Source: Dicyema japonicum
Taxonomy: Eukaryota > Animalia > Dicyemida
Assembly: GCA_011109175.1 (NCBI GenBank)
Contig: RDEW01000075.1
Span: 62,001 to 126,000, forward strand
Length of the DNA: 64,000 nucleotides
Reading direction: 5' to 3'
In this document: piece after piece, positions 13,650 through 27,489 of the stretch
Layout of the letters: the number at the start of each line of letters is the position of its first letter
Numbering within the stretch: position 1 is the stretch's first letter
Translations under genes and position numbers: made by a program
Notes under the pieces: model-generated
What the model saw: the letters and a program-made list of their open reading frames with translations, nothing else
Database searches by the model: none
Told to the model about the DNA's origin: nothing

Positions 13650-14700
13650 AAATGATTTGTTTTGCACTTTGTTAATATTTTAATATCCATATCTGTTGTG
13701 TGACAAATATATTATTTGTGTCGTACATATCCATCACCAAGTGAGTTTTCTCTGAAATTTCGGCCTGAAGAATCGCAACCCTCCTACTACAGGTGGCACT
13801 TTTTTCTCAAATTATTGAATAATCCAAAAAGCATTTTTTACTCGCGAAAGAGAGGGAACTTAGACCTCATTTTATGTTATTCCGAGGAAGGTAAAGTCTT
13901 TGTTAGCAGGTTCTAGATGGACATGGTGTTGGATTAGCTTTGAATAAATTTGGGAATAAAATAATTCATATTCAAATCGTTTCAATTACTCTGATAAAGT
14001 AATTGTACAAAGAGAGTGCATGTTCATTTAACGTTTTGAATAAGTAACTGCGTTTAGTTTGGTATTGATCAACTTCTCAATTCTATTATTTATTTTAGTA
14101 AAAATTATTTTCAGCATTTCTGATTTTTGTAAGCCACTCTCCATCGTAAAATAAGCAATCTGATTGCTTCAATACTCCATTCCAAGATTCCTGATTTCAT
14201 GAAGATTTCTAATAAGAAATTATTATCCACGGAGTCATAAGCTTTTTGACATCCACCCATGCAGTAAACAATCAATTCTCATTTACTTTCTTGAGTGATT
14301 TATTAATGAGAGCTTGTTCCTTAGCTCTTCTGGTTATCAACAATACAATAGTACATAGCACAGAAAAGAATTTCGCCCGGATAAGGCATGAGAATTTGTT
14401 TTTTGAACAAGCTAACAATCTCAAAAAAGTTCGGTTATCTCCAAGAGCGATGGTCTAAAAGGTGAATTTGATTTAAGCTTGTCTAGTTTTAAATCTCCCC
14501 TAATGGTGAAATAATCTAGATACTAGACGTTCAACAGAACTTTCATTGAAGTGATGGAGTCGATCTCAAAGGCAAATACTAGGAAAGCAATAATTTCGTT
14601 GTTGGTAATTAATTGGTAAAGGAAACTACCAAACCACATGCCTATCCTGCCTTCTTGGCGACTTGAATACGGCCACTTTTGTTGTTCGGGCTGTAGTAAA
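13650..14700 (-). mobile_element. Degenerate R4/Dong-like fragment
   Basis: WVDVKKAYDSVD at about 14225-14265, GAKEQALINK-like and PANKD remnants. Confidence 0.7.
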
Positions 14701-15479
14701 TACACTTATCGGATCTCTTGGAGCTTCCGCTTTTGGCTGTAACGTTCCTAAGTCTTAATTGCATATGAGGCTATCATAGGATTTTACCGATTTATCATTT
14801 AATGTCATATGCTTGAACGAATAATATTATGCCAGGACCTGAATATTTACAATCCGCTATTGGATGCTTTTAAGAGACTAAAGTCAAGTGTGGACAAAAT
14901 AAGTTACATAATGATTAGCAAATCATCCTCCTATCATCAGAATCTCACGACTATTGTAATTCAATCTAGAAATGTTATTGTGTGAATGACCGGATAATAT
15001 CTTGTGTACAAAAACTTAATTAGTATATTTTGTCACATGGGTGGCTTGAATCCTATAGGCAACCTGTTTTTTATTATTTATTTATTAGAATTGAGAAGTT
15101 GATCACGTGTTTTTATGATAACCAGATATATACTACATAATAAGATTTTCTTGTAACTCTTATAAGAATAACATTTAACTAATTCATTAATTCTAAATAA
15201 AAAAATTAATTCAAACTGTATTTATTAAATGGCTAACCTGATTAATTTTAATTTTAACAGCATGGCTTTAATGATTTTTTAATTGATTGCGAGGACTGGG
15301 ATCACAAAATTGTTTGACTCTTTTGTCTTTCTTTCTTGGTGTTCCCTGGGTTATTAAAATAAAAAAAATAAATGATTTTTTATGTCTCAATTTAAATGGT
15401 GTATTAGAAATTTTGTCGAATATGAAAAAATTAAACAGATCTTATGTGCAATTGATCCTGAGGCTATAAATACTTAACG

Positions 15480-15940
15480 GAGAGTACGTGAAAAGGCCTC
15501 ACATTTTTCGTTTAGAGACGATAAGTTTAATTCTTATTTAATTTAGACTTTTCTTGAAAGGAAAGACAGAAAAGTTAAATCAGGTTGGAGTGGGACTAAC
15601 TACACTAGTTGGTTAGCAGAGAGGATCTGCCTCTAGAAAGTACGCATTGTATACTAGGTTCGGTGTGGGCCCTAGAGCGAACAACAACAATCCAGTGCTA
15701 TGCCTGCCAAGGATTCGGCCACACCAGCTCGATGCACTTATAAAGAGAAGTGCCTGAATTGCGGGGGTCCAAATTCGCGGAAGACCTGCCAATCAAAAGT
15801 CAGGTCTCTCAAGTGCGTGAACTGTGGCGAGGAGGTACACAGGGCGAGCCATTCAAGATGCCCCCTGTATCAAAAGGCTACGGAGAAGGTACTACAGGGA
15901 GAAGGCAGGCGCCCTCCTCTGGAATGGCAAGTGATGTAGG
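15480..15940 (+). mobile_element. LINE ORF1 (gag-like zinc knuckle) fragment
   Basis: CYACQGFGHTSSMH, CLNCGGPNS..C, CVNCGEEVHRASHSRCP knuckles. Confidence 0.75.
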
Positions 15941-16198
15941 CGCTATCCATTGTGTGGTAATAGGATATCAAACGCGCTCAAGGATATTGCGATATGGTAC
16001 AGATAGGAAAATGCGCCGTAGTTATTTTTCAAATTTATGTGTAGGTTGAATTTTCTGATGGAAGAAGATCGGTCTTGATGTCAACACTTAAAAAATAATT
16101 GTTTTTTATTATTTTCTCTTAATAAATTTTATTAAAGAAAGAAAATAGAGTAACGGTTATATAGAAGCTGCCCTGACTGCGTGGCTATCCCTCTCAGG

Positions 16199-17306
16199 CA
16201 GGGTTGATAAAAATCATGATTTTTTTGATTTAAACAGGATTTTTTGAATTAAATGATTTTTATTCGGAAACAAAGTAAAATAAAAACAATGGAAATCGTA
16301 TTTATTTATTTAAAAGCTTGTAAACTAAGACAAGTTTGTCAGCTTTTTCAATTCCCAGCCTATTTCGTACATTTGAATGTTAGAATCCAAAAGTCGAAAA
16401 AATTCGTTCTATTCCACATGTGGAAGCAAATACTCCAAGAATTTTTTTGCAGAGTGAAATTACTTCAGATGATAAAACTGGTAAGAGTTCGACTCACAAT
16501 ACTCCAAGGCGAGGTCAATCTCAGCAGTTGAAAGAGATCTCCCACAACGTGTTGGGTCCATTAGATTCGCAAGTAAGTGAAAAGGTGGTAATGCTTGATC
16601 TGCTCGAGGTTCACTTTTTTTAAAATAGTCGTACATTCATAGTCAATATAAGTTTGTTCAAGTTCTTTCCAATTTTTTTCCTCTAGCAGATTTGTACCAT
16701 GTCGCTGGAAGATGCACGTTTCGAAAGTATTTATTTATTCTTACGATGGTTTCTTTAACATCAGCTACTTCGACATCCTTTGAGAGAAGGTTGAGATAAT
16801 GCGCCGAGCAACCATATGTAATAATTTCATTGTCATCTTGCATCATTATCAGCCTCATTTTAGTCATGTTGGCAGCATTGTCCGTTACAAGACTCCCGAT
16901 TTTACATCCAAACCGTTGCTCGGCGGACTTTGCAGAGGCTAAAGCAACAGATTTAAGATACTCCGTAGTGTGGTTATATACAAAGGTGTCCACAGTGTCA
17001 ATTAGATAGCTTTCTCCATCCGACGTTGCAACTGACACACAAATAACAGGTTCATTATGAATGTTACTCCACCCGTCCAACATCATAGACACTGTCTTGT
17101 CTTGGAGTCTTTGGCGACAGTCTTCATGCATTTGGTCGTACACATGATCGAGCAATGGACCACCAATTTGACGACGAGAGGGTTTTGACAAATTCCGGCT
17201 GCCTCATCCGAGATACGAGACCTTGTACCTCCTTCCCGCAATTACGGCATCTGGCTCGACTCCCTGTCTTTCCAGGAATAATACGTTTATCGAAGTGAAC
17301 CCACAA
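16199..17306 (-). mobile_element. hAT transposon remnant (BED finger + DUF659-type transposase) with one terminus
   Basis: WVHF..RCRNC (BED), PSRRQI, DGWS, VTDNAANM, YGCSAH. Terminus CAGGGTTG at 16199. Confidence 0.85.
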
Positions 17307-17309
17307 AGC

Positions 17310-19160
17310 CCAAGGATCTTCTGGGTCCGCGTAGAAGGGATAGAAGTATCTCTAAAAAACAGTTCGAGTCCAGCTTTAAATCTTCTATCGGTAATGAAAA
17401 TGGTGAATTGGGTTTTAGATGCTGACACACATAACATATTTGCAGATACCCAGTCACACACCCGGTTTAGGTGTGACTAAACAATTGCTACAGCCACGGA
17501 GAGATTTATCTCTTGCAGCGATAATTAGGTCGTCCGCATAGGATAAAACACAATGTCCTGGTCATTGGTAGTAGGTAGGTGATGTAGAAATAGGTTGAAA
17601 AGGAGAGGAGATAAATGGGAGCCTTGCGGACCCCATTGAGGAATAGTCTTGATTTTGAAGTGGATTTGTCAATCCGGACCCTTCCGCGTAGCCAGTTAAG
17701 AAATTTTCCAACCATAGCTTGATGTTCGGATGTAAATTCGAATTAATAATATTTTGCGTTAGGAGTTTCCTCGTAACAGAATCAAAGGCTTTCTGTATAT
17801 CGATAGATACTAAGGCCGTTTGTAAGTGTGTTCTCATGTTGAATCCGTCAGTAATAATCTGAGAGATAGAACCCAAATGAGTCGTTGTAAAACGGTCTGT
17901 TGAAATGTTGAAATTCTTGCAGTTGTAGATCAGGAGAGATACGCATTAATACAAGATTTTCCAGTACTTTTGGTAAAACACAAGTTATTGAGACGGGGCA
18001 GTAAGAAGAAGGAACGTCTTTTAATTTCCAGGTTTTAGAATTGGCGTAATTAGGGAATTCTTCCATATATTAGGTTGCGTATGGTTGTTGATAGAGTCGT
18101 TGTACAGTCTTGATAGTATGGCCCGTGCCTGAGGTCCAAGGTGTTTGAGGTGAATAGTACAAATACTGTCGGGACTACAAGAACTAGTGGGACGTAGCAA
18201 TTTAATAGCCTTGTCAACATCATGGAGGTGAAAAAGGTGGAATACGGTTTTTGTTGCGGCCCGCGCCGTTCAACGTGTGGAGAGCGGAAAAATCTTTATG
18301 GCTGATCGATACGTAGTACTTCATAATCTTATTTGCAAGTTTGCGAGCGGGTTCCGATGCGTTGCCGGTAACGGCCTTTAGTTCCGCAGTCCTCTTTATT
18401 GATAAGGCTATTGATCTTTCTTAGCGTTTTCCAAAATGTGGCACAAGAGTTTTTGTGACATAATCGTCCAACTAGACGGCTTCATTTAAGTCTGTTATTA
18501 ATTCGGATAAGTTCAGATATTCATTGAACGTATAGAATAAAAGTAGTTATTGGACTGCGTTCTGTTTTTTTCAGATTCTTGAGGAGTGACACAATTTGCG
18601 ATGATAATCTTGGATTGAACTTCTTGTAAAAGGCGACAGGTATAAATAATTTATCAACTTTCAAAATGATAGCAGACAGAATCTTGGTCGTCTTCTCTAC
18701 TATACAATTTTCCATAGTAAGATCAAACAGACTATTGTCCACATACGCCCTGAAACCTTGCTAGTCAGCCTTCAAATAATTTTTGAACTTTGTTGAACAA
18801 CACAGTGAACAAATAGACCTTCTAAGTCTCAACACAATTGAGTTATGGTCGCTTGAGAAAAACAACATCCAGCCATAGAAGGAGAGCAAAGAGACAGGTC
18901 CGGGTATGTTGGACTGTCCCTCTGCGGGTCGGGGCCCTTGTGTGAGCGTCCGGGTCATTGAGGATAGTCAAATCATTAAGTAAGGAAAGGATGTACTCGC
19001 CGCGACTGTCGGCTGATTGTGACTGGAGCCAGAGTGGATGTTTGGCATTTTGGTTGCCGCATAATACCAAATCTTTCAGTTCAAAGAGTTTCAATAAGTC
19101 TGGAATATACTTTGGAATAAGGGAAGTCGACGAACTCTGAGGTGGAATATAAATATTACA
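17310..19160 (-). mobile_element. Degenerate Ingi/Vingi-like LINE (APE + RT)
   Basis: NIYIPP, NAKHPLW, SDH, DIQKAFDSV, YADD; abuts the hAT transposase. Confidence 0.8.
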
Positions 19161-19169
19161 GCGTAAAAC

Positions 19170-21044
19170 GTCTTGAAGGTGAGAAAAGAACTTCAACAGA
19201 GATTTGCTCCAGAATAGAGTCTCCTTCGCAAAGAGAAGATACAAACGGGGTGACATCGGTGAACAAAAGACCCTCCCTAACAAACGTAAATGAAAGAGCG
19301 AGGATTACATTCTACATTGAAGATAAAATTAAAATTCTCGAAATGAAATTGTGTGTATCTGAGTCCCGCAAGAAATTTCGCCTTAATAATCTAAACTTCG
19401 AATTAAATCGAAGATCATTTTACAGAAACCTAACCCCTACGGCAAGTAATGTTACTACGTCTATTGATAATGAAAAATGTGCAGACTTTTGGGAAGACGT
19501 TTGGAAAAAGAAAAATGCATGTTTAGAGAAGATCAATATTAAAAAAGAATAAAAGGCGTTGAGAATGTACCTGTTGGATTTAATAGAAATGGGTTTAATG
19601 AAACAATTAAATATCTGCCTAACTGGAAAGCCCAGGTTGTGATGGAGTTTTCAACTTTTTTGTTAAAAAATTCACGTCTTTGCACGACTCAATCTTTAAT
19701 GTAATGAGTAGAGTTGTGGAAGGAAAATGTGTGCCAGAGAGTAGTTTTTCACAGGACTCAGTTACTTGATCCCAAAATGCACTGCTCCTGAGTCCTCATA
19801 AGATTTCCCCCCGATTACATGCATGCCATCTTTATTTAAACTCATAACGAAATGCATTAATATGAAGCTAACTGACTATTCGGAAGTATTTGATCTACTC
19901 ACTGAAAACCAAATGGGCACTAGGAGGAGATGCCAAGGTGCTAACGAACAGGCTCTATTAATAAGTCACTTAACAGAATCAACGGATTTGGACTTTATGC
20001 AGCATGGATTGACATTATAAAGGCATTCAACTCAGTAAACCATGATTTTCTTTCTTGATGTCCTGAAAACTCTGGCATTCCAATGTGGATTGTTAATCTA
20101 ATTAAAATACTTATTCAAAACTGAAAACTCAAGCTTTTTTTGAATAAAGAAAATATACGCACTATCAAACTACAAAGAGGGATTTAAAGGGAGATAGTTT
20201 GTCTCCTATGCTATTTGTGCTAGTGTTAGATCAACTTACCCGATTCCTTAATAACATATATCATAAAGTTTCGATTACCAGTAATGATCAGTCAATTTCA
20301 TCGTTTTCACCTAATCATCTTTTATTCATAGACGATCTAAAACTTATTTCGAACGATAAAGAAGTTATTGTTAAGATGATGGAAGAAGTCAATTTATATT
20401 TCAAATCTGTTAATCTCTAAAAAAACTTGGATAAATTGGCTATTAGTTTTTTGTTGTCATCAAATTAAGCTAAAGTAATTGATGGAATAGATGGATATAA
20501 GTGTTTGGGTGTATTGGAAGGCCGTTACAAATTAACAAGGCAGACGTGCTTAAAACAATATTTTCTGAAGTATGCTAAAGAATAGAAAAATTAGTAAATA
20601 CTAAATTGAACTCGGTCAACATTTTTGAAGCAATTAATGAACATGCATTATCTTTATACAATTACTACATCGGCTTAATTGATTTGAAACCGAATGAAAT
20701 TGAGATGATTGATACTTCTATCCGTAGTTTGCTGAATAAACATCATAAACATTTTAAACCAGCTTGCAGAGAGACTGTGCTTACTTCGAAACATGCTAGG
20801 GAGATGATTGTGCTCGATCTTTTTACTTAGTGAGAGAATGTTGTTTAATTTACTGAACAACTTGAAAAAAAGAAGTACTTGTTGCAGAAGAAGTTCCGCT
20901 ATTCTTAAGGCCGAAACCTTAAGTAAAACACATGTGGCTATTAGTAAAAAATTTTTGCGGGAAAATTACTCTGTTGACAATACATTTATCCTGGATAGTA
21001 AATTTTTGATTGACCTACAAAGAGAAAACTTAAAGAAACAAATA
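19170..21044 (+). mobile_element. R4/Dong-like element, 5' half (continues at 38520-39424 on -)
   Basis: FELNRRSFYRNL, ENQMG, HLLFIDDLK, AINEHALSLYNYYIG. Ends at DLQRENLKKQI on TA 21043-21044. Confidence 0.85.
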
Positions 21045-21367
21045 AAGGGTTTTCAGTTCAAAGTGAGAACTTGTTCACATCAAAGTGAGAATCATTTACA
21101 TCAATGTGAGAATTATTCACATCAAAGTGAGAATTTCTTTAGTTAAGATACAATACTCGTATAAAAATGAACGAAAATTTATTTATCAAATGAAAATAAG
21201 GATTAGATTAATTTATTTATTTCACCCATCATTTTCTAGGTAAAATGATTCGCAATCATTTAGTGAAATCGTCTTGACTGCATCTTCTATTGCAGAGAAA
21301 AGCATTTCTTCGCTTGTTGGCTTTAGATACATAGGTTTTCGCTAATTGACTTAGCTGTGGATCCATT
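21045..21367 (-). mobile_element. Tc1-like DNA transposon, 3' end (internally deleted)
   Basis: TA + terminus with 21-bp subterminal repeats. Minus strand encodes LFSAIEDAVKTISLNDCESFY (transposase C-terminus-like) and NGSTAKSISENLCI (HTH continuation). Confidence 0.75.
21056..21135. repeat. ~4 x 21-bp subterminal tandem repeat (CACATCAAAGTGAGAATTATT-like)
   Basis: Directly visible; a second array lies at about 39436-39520. Confidence 0.9.
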
Positions 21368-22425
21368 ATTTATTTATTTAAGCACTTCACGAGAACCATA
21401 CTAATTATAGCCCCGCATGTGCAGCAAAAGAAACAAGGTTAGATGTCATCCTTTTCCATGCTCGCCTGTTCCTAGCCAAGGCTCTCATGTTGTCCAGGAC
21501 GTCGGCATTTTTTAGATTTATTTTGATATTGACCAGGTTTTTTTGTAAGACTATTGGCAGTGTTGTTCTAGGTCTTCCACGAAAGCGGCTTTCTTGACTA
21601 ACATAGTATGTTTCCATAGATATGTTCGGTGGGGATGTTAATTCCATCATCAGCACGTGTCCGAAGAGCTTCCGTCGGGATTTCAGTACTTCTAAGCTGA
21701 TAGGTCTAGTGCTGCATCTCTTATATAAAGCATTCCTCAATATTCTCGTAGGCCAAGTAGTTCCTGTTATTTTCTCAACTGACCTCTGTGGAACGAGTCT
21801 AGTTTTTCCATATTTGCTGATGAGGTCTCCCAAGTTCCAGCGTTATACAAAAGTACGGGTTTTATGAATAAGTAGTATAATAGGATTCTCATTTTCGTGT
21901 CGATACCTCTTTGATTGAGCCATAGATTCTTCAGTTTACATAACGCAGCATTGGCTAGAGTTTTCCTACGTAAAATATCTTCGCTATCTTCCATAACTGA
22001 ACCGAGTTTCTTTACTTGTCGCCACTTCTCTTCTAGGACGTTATTATCCTTCTTATCTCTTTGAGTTCTGTTTTCTCTCTGTTCACAGTAAGAAACCATT
22101 TCCCTAGTACATCTGGTGTTTTTTCTAATAGGTTTTCCAGGACCTCTTTGTCTTCAGAAATAGGTCTACATCGTCCGCGTAGATCACTTCTTCCGTCTTT
22201 CTTTGGTATAACGGTCTAAGTTCTCTCATAGCGGCTTCCAAATAAATTGTGAATAGTAAAAGAGAAGAAGAGTCTCCTTGTGGAATGCCCGTGTTTGTTT
22301 CAAATTTTCTTGAATAGGTCTTTCCGACTCTTACAAGGAGCTCAGTGTTGGAAAGTAGAATTCGGGTCATCTTTAAACTCGACTCATCAAGAAATCCGCT
22401 CAGTACCCCCATTAATTTGGTTTCT
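21368..22425 (-). mobile_element. RTE-like LINE, 3' half (5' part at 39649-40245 on +)
   Basis: GIPQGDS, IYADDVD, LFGHVL, RGRPRTTLP; 3' motif CGTGAAGTGCTTAA; TSD copy at 21356-21367. Confidence 0.9.
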
Positions 22426-22499
22426 GTAGAATTGGAAACTGGACACACTTAATTAGTTGTTTACTTTAACTTCTTTCTCGGTGTATCCGGGGTTAATAA

Positions 22500-23040
22500 A
22501 TAAATAAATTAAGGAAAAAAAGTGAACAAATGGTCATATAGCGGCCACGCTAACTGCGTGGCTATTCACTTTCAAGATAATGATCGAGATTCGCTCAAAT
22601 AACTAGCAGCGCTCACGGGGGTGTCCTGATCGTGTAGAAATCCGATTCCCAAGACGACCCAAGAATTCCAGCGTTACAGGCGAAGGGAATCAGACGTCTC
22701 AACGGAGAGTGGAACAAACAAAAATCATTGGTAGGGCCGTGCACTTTGGCTGTTTTAATTTTTCAGCCTTCTCAGCAGCAGAACAGGCTCCAGGGACACT
22801 CTGGAGTAGGTTGCAAGGGGCAAACGTGTCGGTGCAGTGACGTCCCAAACAAAAAAATTCCCGGCTTCGAGAAGGAAGATAGTCATCCTATCATGTCGTT
22901 TTCCATCACGTCTACAAAGATCGATTGGTTCGAGCATGGAAGGGTGTTCGGTGGCGTCCAAAGCTCACCTAACGACTTCGTTCAAGGCCATGTGTATGGG
23001 AAATCTGCCTGCACTATTTCTACAGAAAGGAGGATGTAAG
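22500..23040 (-). mobile_element. CRE-like 3' fragment
   Basis: HPSMLEP..DGKRHD..VWDVT; A/T-rich tail near 22500. Confidence 0.75.
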
Positions 23041-23041
23041 G

Positions 23042-23110
23042 CAGTGGTTCTCAACCTTTTTGGTCTGCGGGCCAATCACGTCCGGGCTAGTAATTCTTAC
23101 TTATCATTCT
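23042..23110. mobile_element. hAT (Charlie/Buster-type) terminus fragment
   Basis: CAGTGGTTCTCAACCTTTTTGGTCTGCGGGCC resembles Charlie-type ends; no partner end identified. Confidence 0.55.
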
Positions 23111-24479
23111 AAAACAAATGGTTACTGGCTTCTTTTCAGAGGAAAAACGAAAATGAATCTCTTATAGAACGCCGCTGCCGGAAAGAGAATACCTTGATTT
23201 CAAGGACCCGGAGAAGCTATTAAAAAGATCTTGAAATTAATATAAAGAATGAGGCACGGGGAAGACGACAAAGATGCCACGAAAACGCTGCCACAAGGCG
23301 GTGAAAGGGGCCTTAATTAGTTAATCCCTAACTACTTACTATTTTTTGCCTAGTAAAGAGTTTTATCGTAGCGCTATAGATTTTCGAACTTTTTTTTGTT
23401 ACGTTTTCAATTCTTTTGATAATGTGCAATTGTTCAATACTTGTGGTTATCATGGAAGTATATTGTGATTCCTTTGGTTTTATTAAGACTCCTGTAACCA
23501 TATGTTTTGGACTGATAAATTTGACTTATCAGCCCGGACACGAAGATGGCCCCGGGATCTCATACTATACAACAATAATTAACAATTGGTTCGCTTGGCC
23601 GCAAAATTTTTTTTAAGAAAATTAAACTTTATTAATTAAGATTAATGTGAGCTGCTTATTTAATTACTCTTCTTACAAATGCAATAATAAAATACTTATT
23701 TAAAGTCTCCTAAATAATTTAACACCTTCACTACAAATGCGGGCTGAAAAATCAGCAGAACAGTAGAGCAGTCGGTTTACTGAGTTGAGAACACATGTCT
23801 AACAAGTCCGGGCTGTGGAGGTCCTAGAAGAGACTCAGCGTCGTTTTCCAATAATTGAAGCTCGCGACAGGCCCTCCACAGGTGTATATATAATTTGGAT
23901 TAAATCATCCATAATCAGAAGAGGTATAAATTGATGCTAAAAATAAGCTAAAATAGCATAAATCAGATTTTATGTAGTGTAAAAACTTTCCAGCTTACAA
24001 TCTTTGTAAGTTTAGCACAAACAGTCACAACAAATTAATCCAAGGATTGAACCCATGGGAGAACATCTATTTGTGCCGAACAAATCCATCCTTAAAAAAT
24101 CCATTAAAGGCTTCCAGTTTCGAAGAGTTGGAGAAGTGGGTCAGCCCTATTCCATTTCATCATACATCATATTGTTCTTCGACAGAAGAGTTTTGATAAT
24201 AGTAACCTTCACCAGTGGATTTGGCCAAGGGAGATGGTAGGAAGATCACTTTTAACATCTGTATCGTGCTATAAGGACTCGTTGCATCACCGTTGGGATT
24301 TAATTGACGGAATTGACCTTCATTGAAAACTCCATCTTTCAGATTAGAACTCACAACGGTCAGATCCAATGTCATCAGACTTTACCTTCAGCCAGAAGGC
24401 TTTAGATTCCTGTTGAAAATAGATATTTATTTTTTTACCCCAAGATCACCGGATTAGAAAAAGTTAAAAGTTAACTACT

Positions 24480-27400
24480 AACTAAGTGATCCCAGTTTTC
24501 CGAGTTCTGGCTCTCGTTCGGGGTCCTCGAAGATCCAACAGAATTGGTAGAAACGGGGACGGTCTCATTCTCCATAGATTTCCCGCATTTTCTAGATAGT
24601 CAGATATAGAGAGTGAAAGCGGACAGCCGGTTTTTATTGCCCACTGAAGAAATTACTTCACTCTCCACCTTAGGTGTTCTTTAACATTCAATACGTTATC
24701 CACAGTTTTCTTATTTATTATTTTCAAGAAGAAAGTTGTGCGGCTTCTAATTTTTGAGACGACGATTCAGAAATCATCGAGCTCCAGGAGGGACATGCAT
24801 ATTCGATTACTGGCAGTATGTATTGTCTGTAAATTTTCTGTAGTAAGAAGGTGTTGTGCCCGATTGGTGATCGGGACAAAATTTTCAATATGTTGGTCGT
24901 CCTCCTGACTTTGGTAATAACGTCATTGACATGTTGGCCGAATGTCAGGAGAGTATCCAACTTTAATCCTAGTATTGTTGGAGACTTATTCATAGGAATT
25001 TCATATCCAAACAATTTGATTTTGGGAGAGTATAATGATCTTCTATATGTAGAGAATTTTCCAACATACTTTTTGATGTGAGCCAATGTTCCAACATACT
25101 AATATAATTTTGTAGTTTTATCCCTGCCTTCTCATAGTTAGAGTCTCTCGTCGAAAGAACAATGTCATCTGCGTATGAGAGTATTAATGTATCGGGATCG
25201 TCATTGGTGGGAAGGTCATTGGTGTACAGGTTGAAGAGCAGGGGAGAGAGAGGTGAACCTTGAGGACACCAAACGGGATTTAGATTTTCTGTTGTCTGAC
25301 ATCACTTGTCTTCTTCTTCCACTTAAAAAGTTTGACAGCCATCTTTTAATGTTTGGATTTATAAGAGTGTTAGAAATTTTCTCTGTAAGCAGCGTCAGGG
25401 AAACGGAGTCGAATGCTTTCTTCAAGTCTATTGAAGCCATTATGGTCCTTTTATGTGGTTTTGGATAAGAGAATCCATCAGAAATATATTGAGTTAATTT
25501 TGTTAAGTGAGTCGTAGTAGAATAATTTTCACGGAATCCATGCTGGAATACTCGATTTGGTACAATATTTTTGATTCGTGTTAAGATTAATTTTTCTAAA
25601 ATTCGGAACATTGCACATAGTATAGAAATTGGACGATAAGAAGAGGGATCGTTTGCAGGTTTGTTTGGCTTCCGAATCAGCAGAATTATGGATTTTTTCC
25701 ATATAGAGGGTATCATATTATTGTTCACAGATATAGTATAAACGTATGATAGGAATTTGGTTGCTTTTTCACCAAGGTATTTCAGTTCCATCATCGAGAC
25801 ATTGTCAGCACCTCAAGAACGGGAGTTTTTGGCATCCATGATTGCGTTTCGAACTTCTCGTGGAGTAAAGACAATCAAATCATATGATGGATACAACTTT
25901 TCTTGTAGACTCTGTTTCCCTCGAAAAATTTTTATGGCTGATTGCGACATAGTGCTTCATTAAAATATTTGGGTCGATGTTGCTACATCCCTGTCCGTGG
26001 AGGACTTTCTCAGAGCCTTCATTGCAACTTCTCAAATATTTGATTTTCCTCCATATCAGCGTCTTGGATGTATTTGGCGATAGAGAATCAATAAGTGATG
26101 TCCATCGCTTCTTGATTCTAGTCTGATAACTTTTTTAATTTGTATATTTAGGGTTTTCATTTTTTGGAAATCGTCATTTGATAATTCCTTTTGCCTCTTT
26201 AATTTATTTCTTTCTCTGATATGTGTTTTTGTATGCATATTATAATAGGTATTCCTTGTTTGACAACATCCCATTGGAATAAATAGTTTTTTTGCTTTGA
26301 GTATTATGTCCGTGAAAGTTTTGATCATGTGGTCAATTGATGAGAATACCAATGTGTAAAATACTTCCATATTGGTGTCGATGTAATTAGAGAAATTGGA
26401 TCAATCCGCGCTTTCAAAATTTAAAAAAGTGGAATTCTGTCTGATAAATTTTTTTTCAGTGTTGATTTTCATCATAATAGGGTTGTGATCACTTCTTAGT
26501 TCATATTTTACAGTCCAGTTGATGAGGGGAAACATTGATGGGGAACATAAGGAGAGGCCAGGGGATGTAGGTTTGTCTCCTTTTCGAGTAGGTGTTCTTG
26601 TGTTGCTTTTGGTGTTATTCAATATACAAAATTGTCCCAAGTTTCTGGCCAGTAGGTTTCCTCTACTGTCTGGTTTCTGGCCTTCATACCATAATTGATG
26701 TTTGGCATTGATGTCACCGCATAGTATTACGTTTTTGAGGTTTGAGAAAATCTGTAGGTTAGGGTAGTACCCACTTGGACAGGATGTAGTAGGGGGAATA
26801 TATACATTGACAATATTTATAGTTCTCCTAGGAATTCTAACATTTATGCCAATTAGTTAAAGGGTCATCTTCTGGATAGAGTTTTCTGATTTTGTTTGAA
26901 ACATCTTCATATTGAATTCCATTTCTTATTAGTGTCATTAGTCCTCCACCAAGCTTAATCTTTCTGTCTTTACGGATAATGGAGTATCCGGGAAAGGTTG
27001 GGGTTTGTATGTTTGGTTGTAGTTTTGTCTCTTGGACTAGAGCAATGTCAACTTCATTACTATTGAGTAAGTGGCGGACTTCCAGCACCTTGTTTCGTAT
27101 TCCGCTGATATTGATCTGGACCAGGTTGATTTCAGGGTCTGGGTTGGATTCGACGTCACCACACAAAATTAGAGCGTACCTGGAAAACCATCCTCCTTCA
27201 TAGATAGGGATAGGGAAAGTGTAGTTCTTTTCAACATCATGTGATGCACAACACCACCATACAGATGAACCACGCGGCATTTTTCAAAAAGGCGACTTGA
27301 AAATAGATATATAGACCTCCAATCACAATATGCCTTCACATGTAGTAGTAAGAGCACATACCGCCACACTTAGTAAGTAAATTTTCCGTGATCGCTCCCC
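24480..27400 (-). mobile_element. Near full-length Ingi/Vingi-like LINE with N-terminal 2A-like peptide, decayed
   Basis: LILCGDVESNPDP directly before APE (QINISG, VQETKL, NVYIPP, GDINAKH, SDH). RT has YRPISIL, DLKKAFDSV, YADD. Confidence 0.88.
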
Positions 27401-27489
27401 GAATGCCTAAAAAAGTTCTTGTTCGTTAAATTCATAACAATCTCTGACCGAGGGTTTGTTTTATCAGTAACTTTATTTAGCCAAAAGTG

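Noticed and set aside
21056-21135. 21-bp repeats as a CRISPR array or telomeric repeat
   Set aside because: There are no spacers; they are subterminal repeats of a TA-flanked Tc1-like element and recur at 39436-39520.
27280-27420. HDV-like ribozyme at the Vingi 5' end, as in Ingi/L1Tc
   Set aside because: I could not fold a nested double pseudoknot by eye; it needs a covariance-model search.
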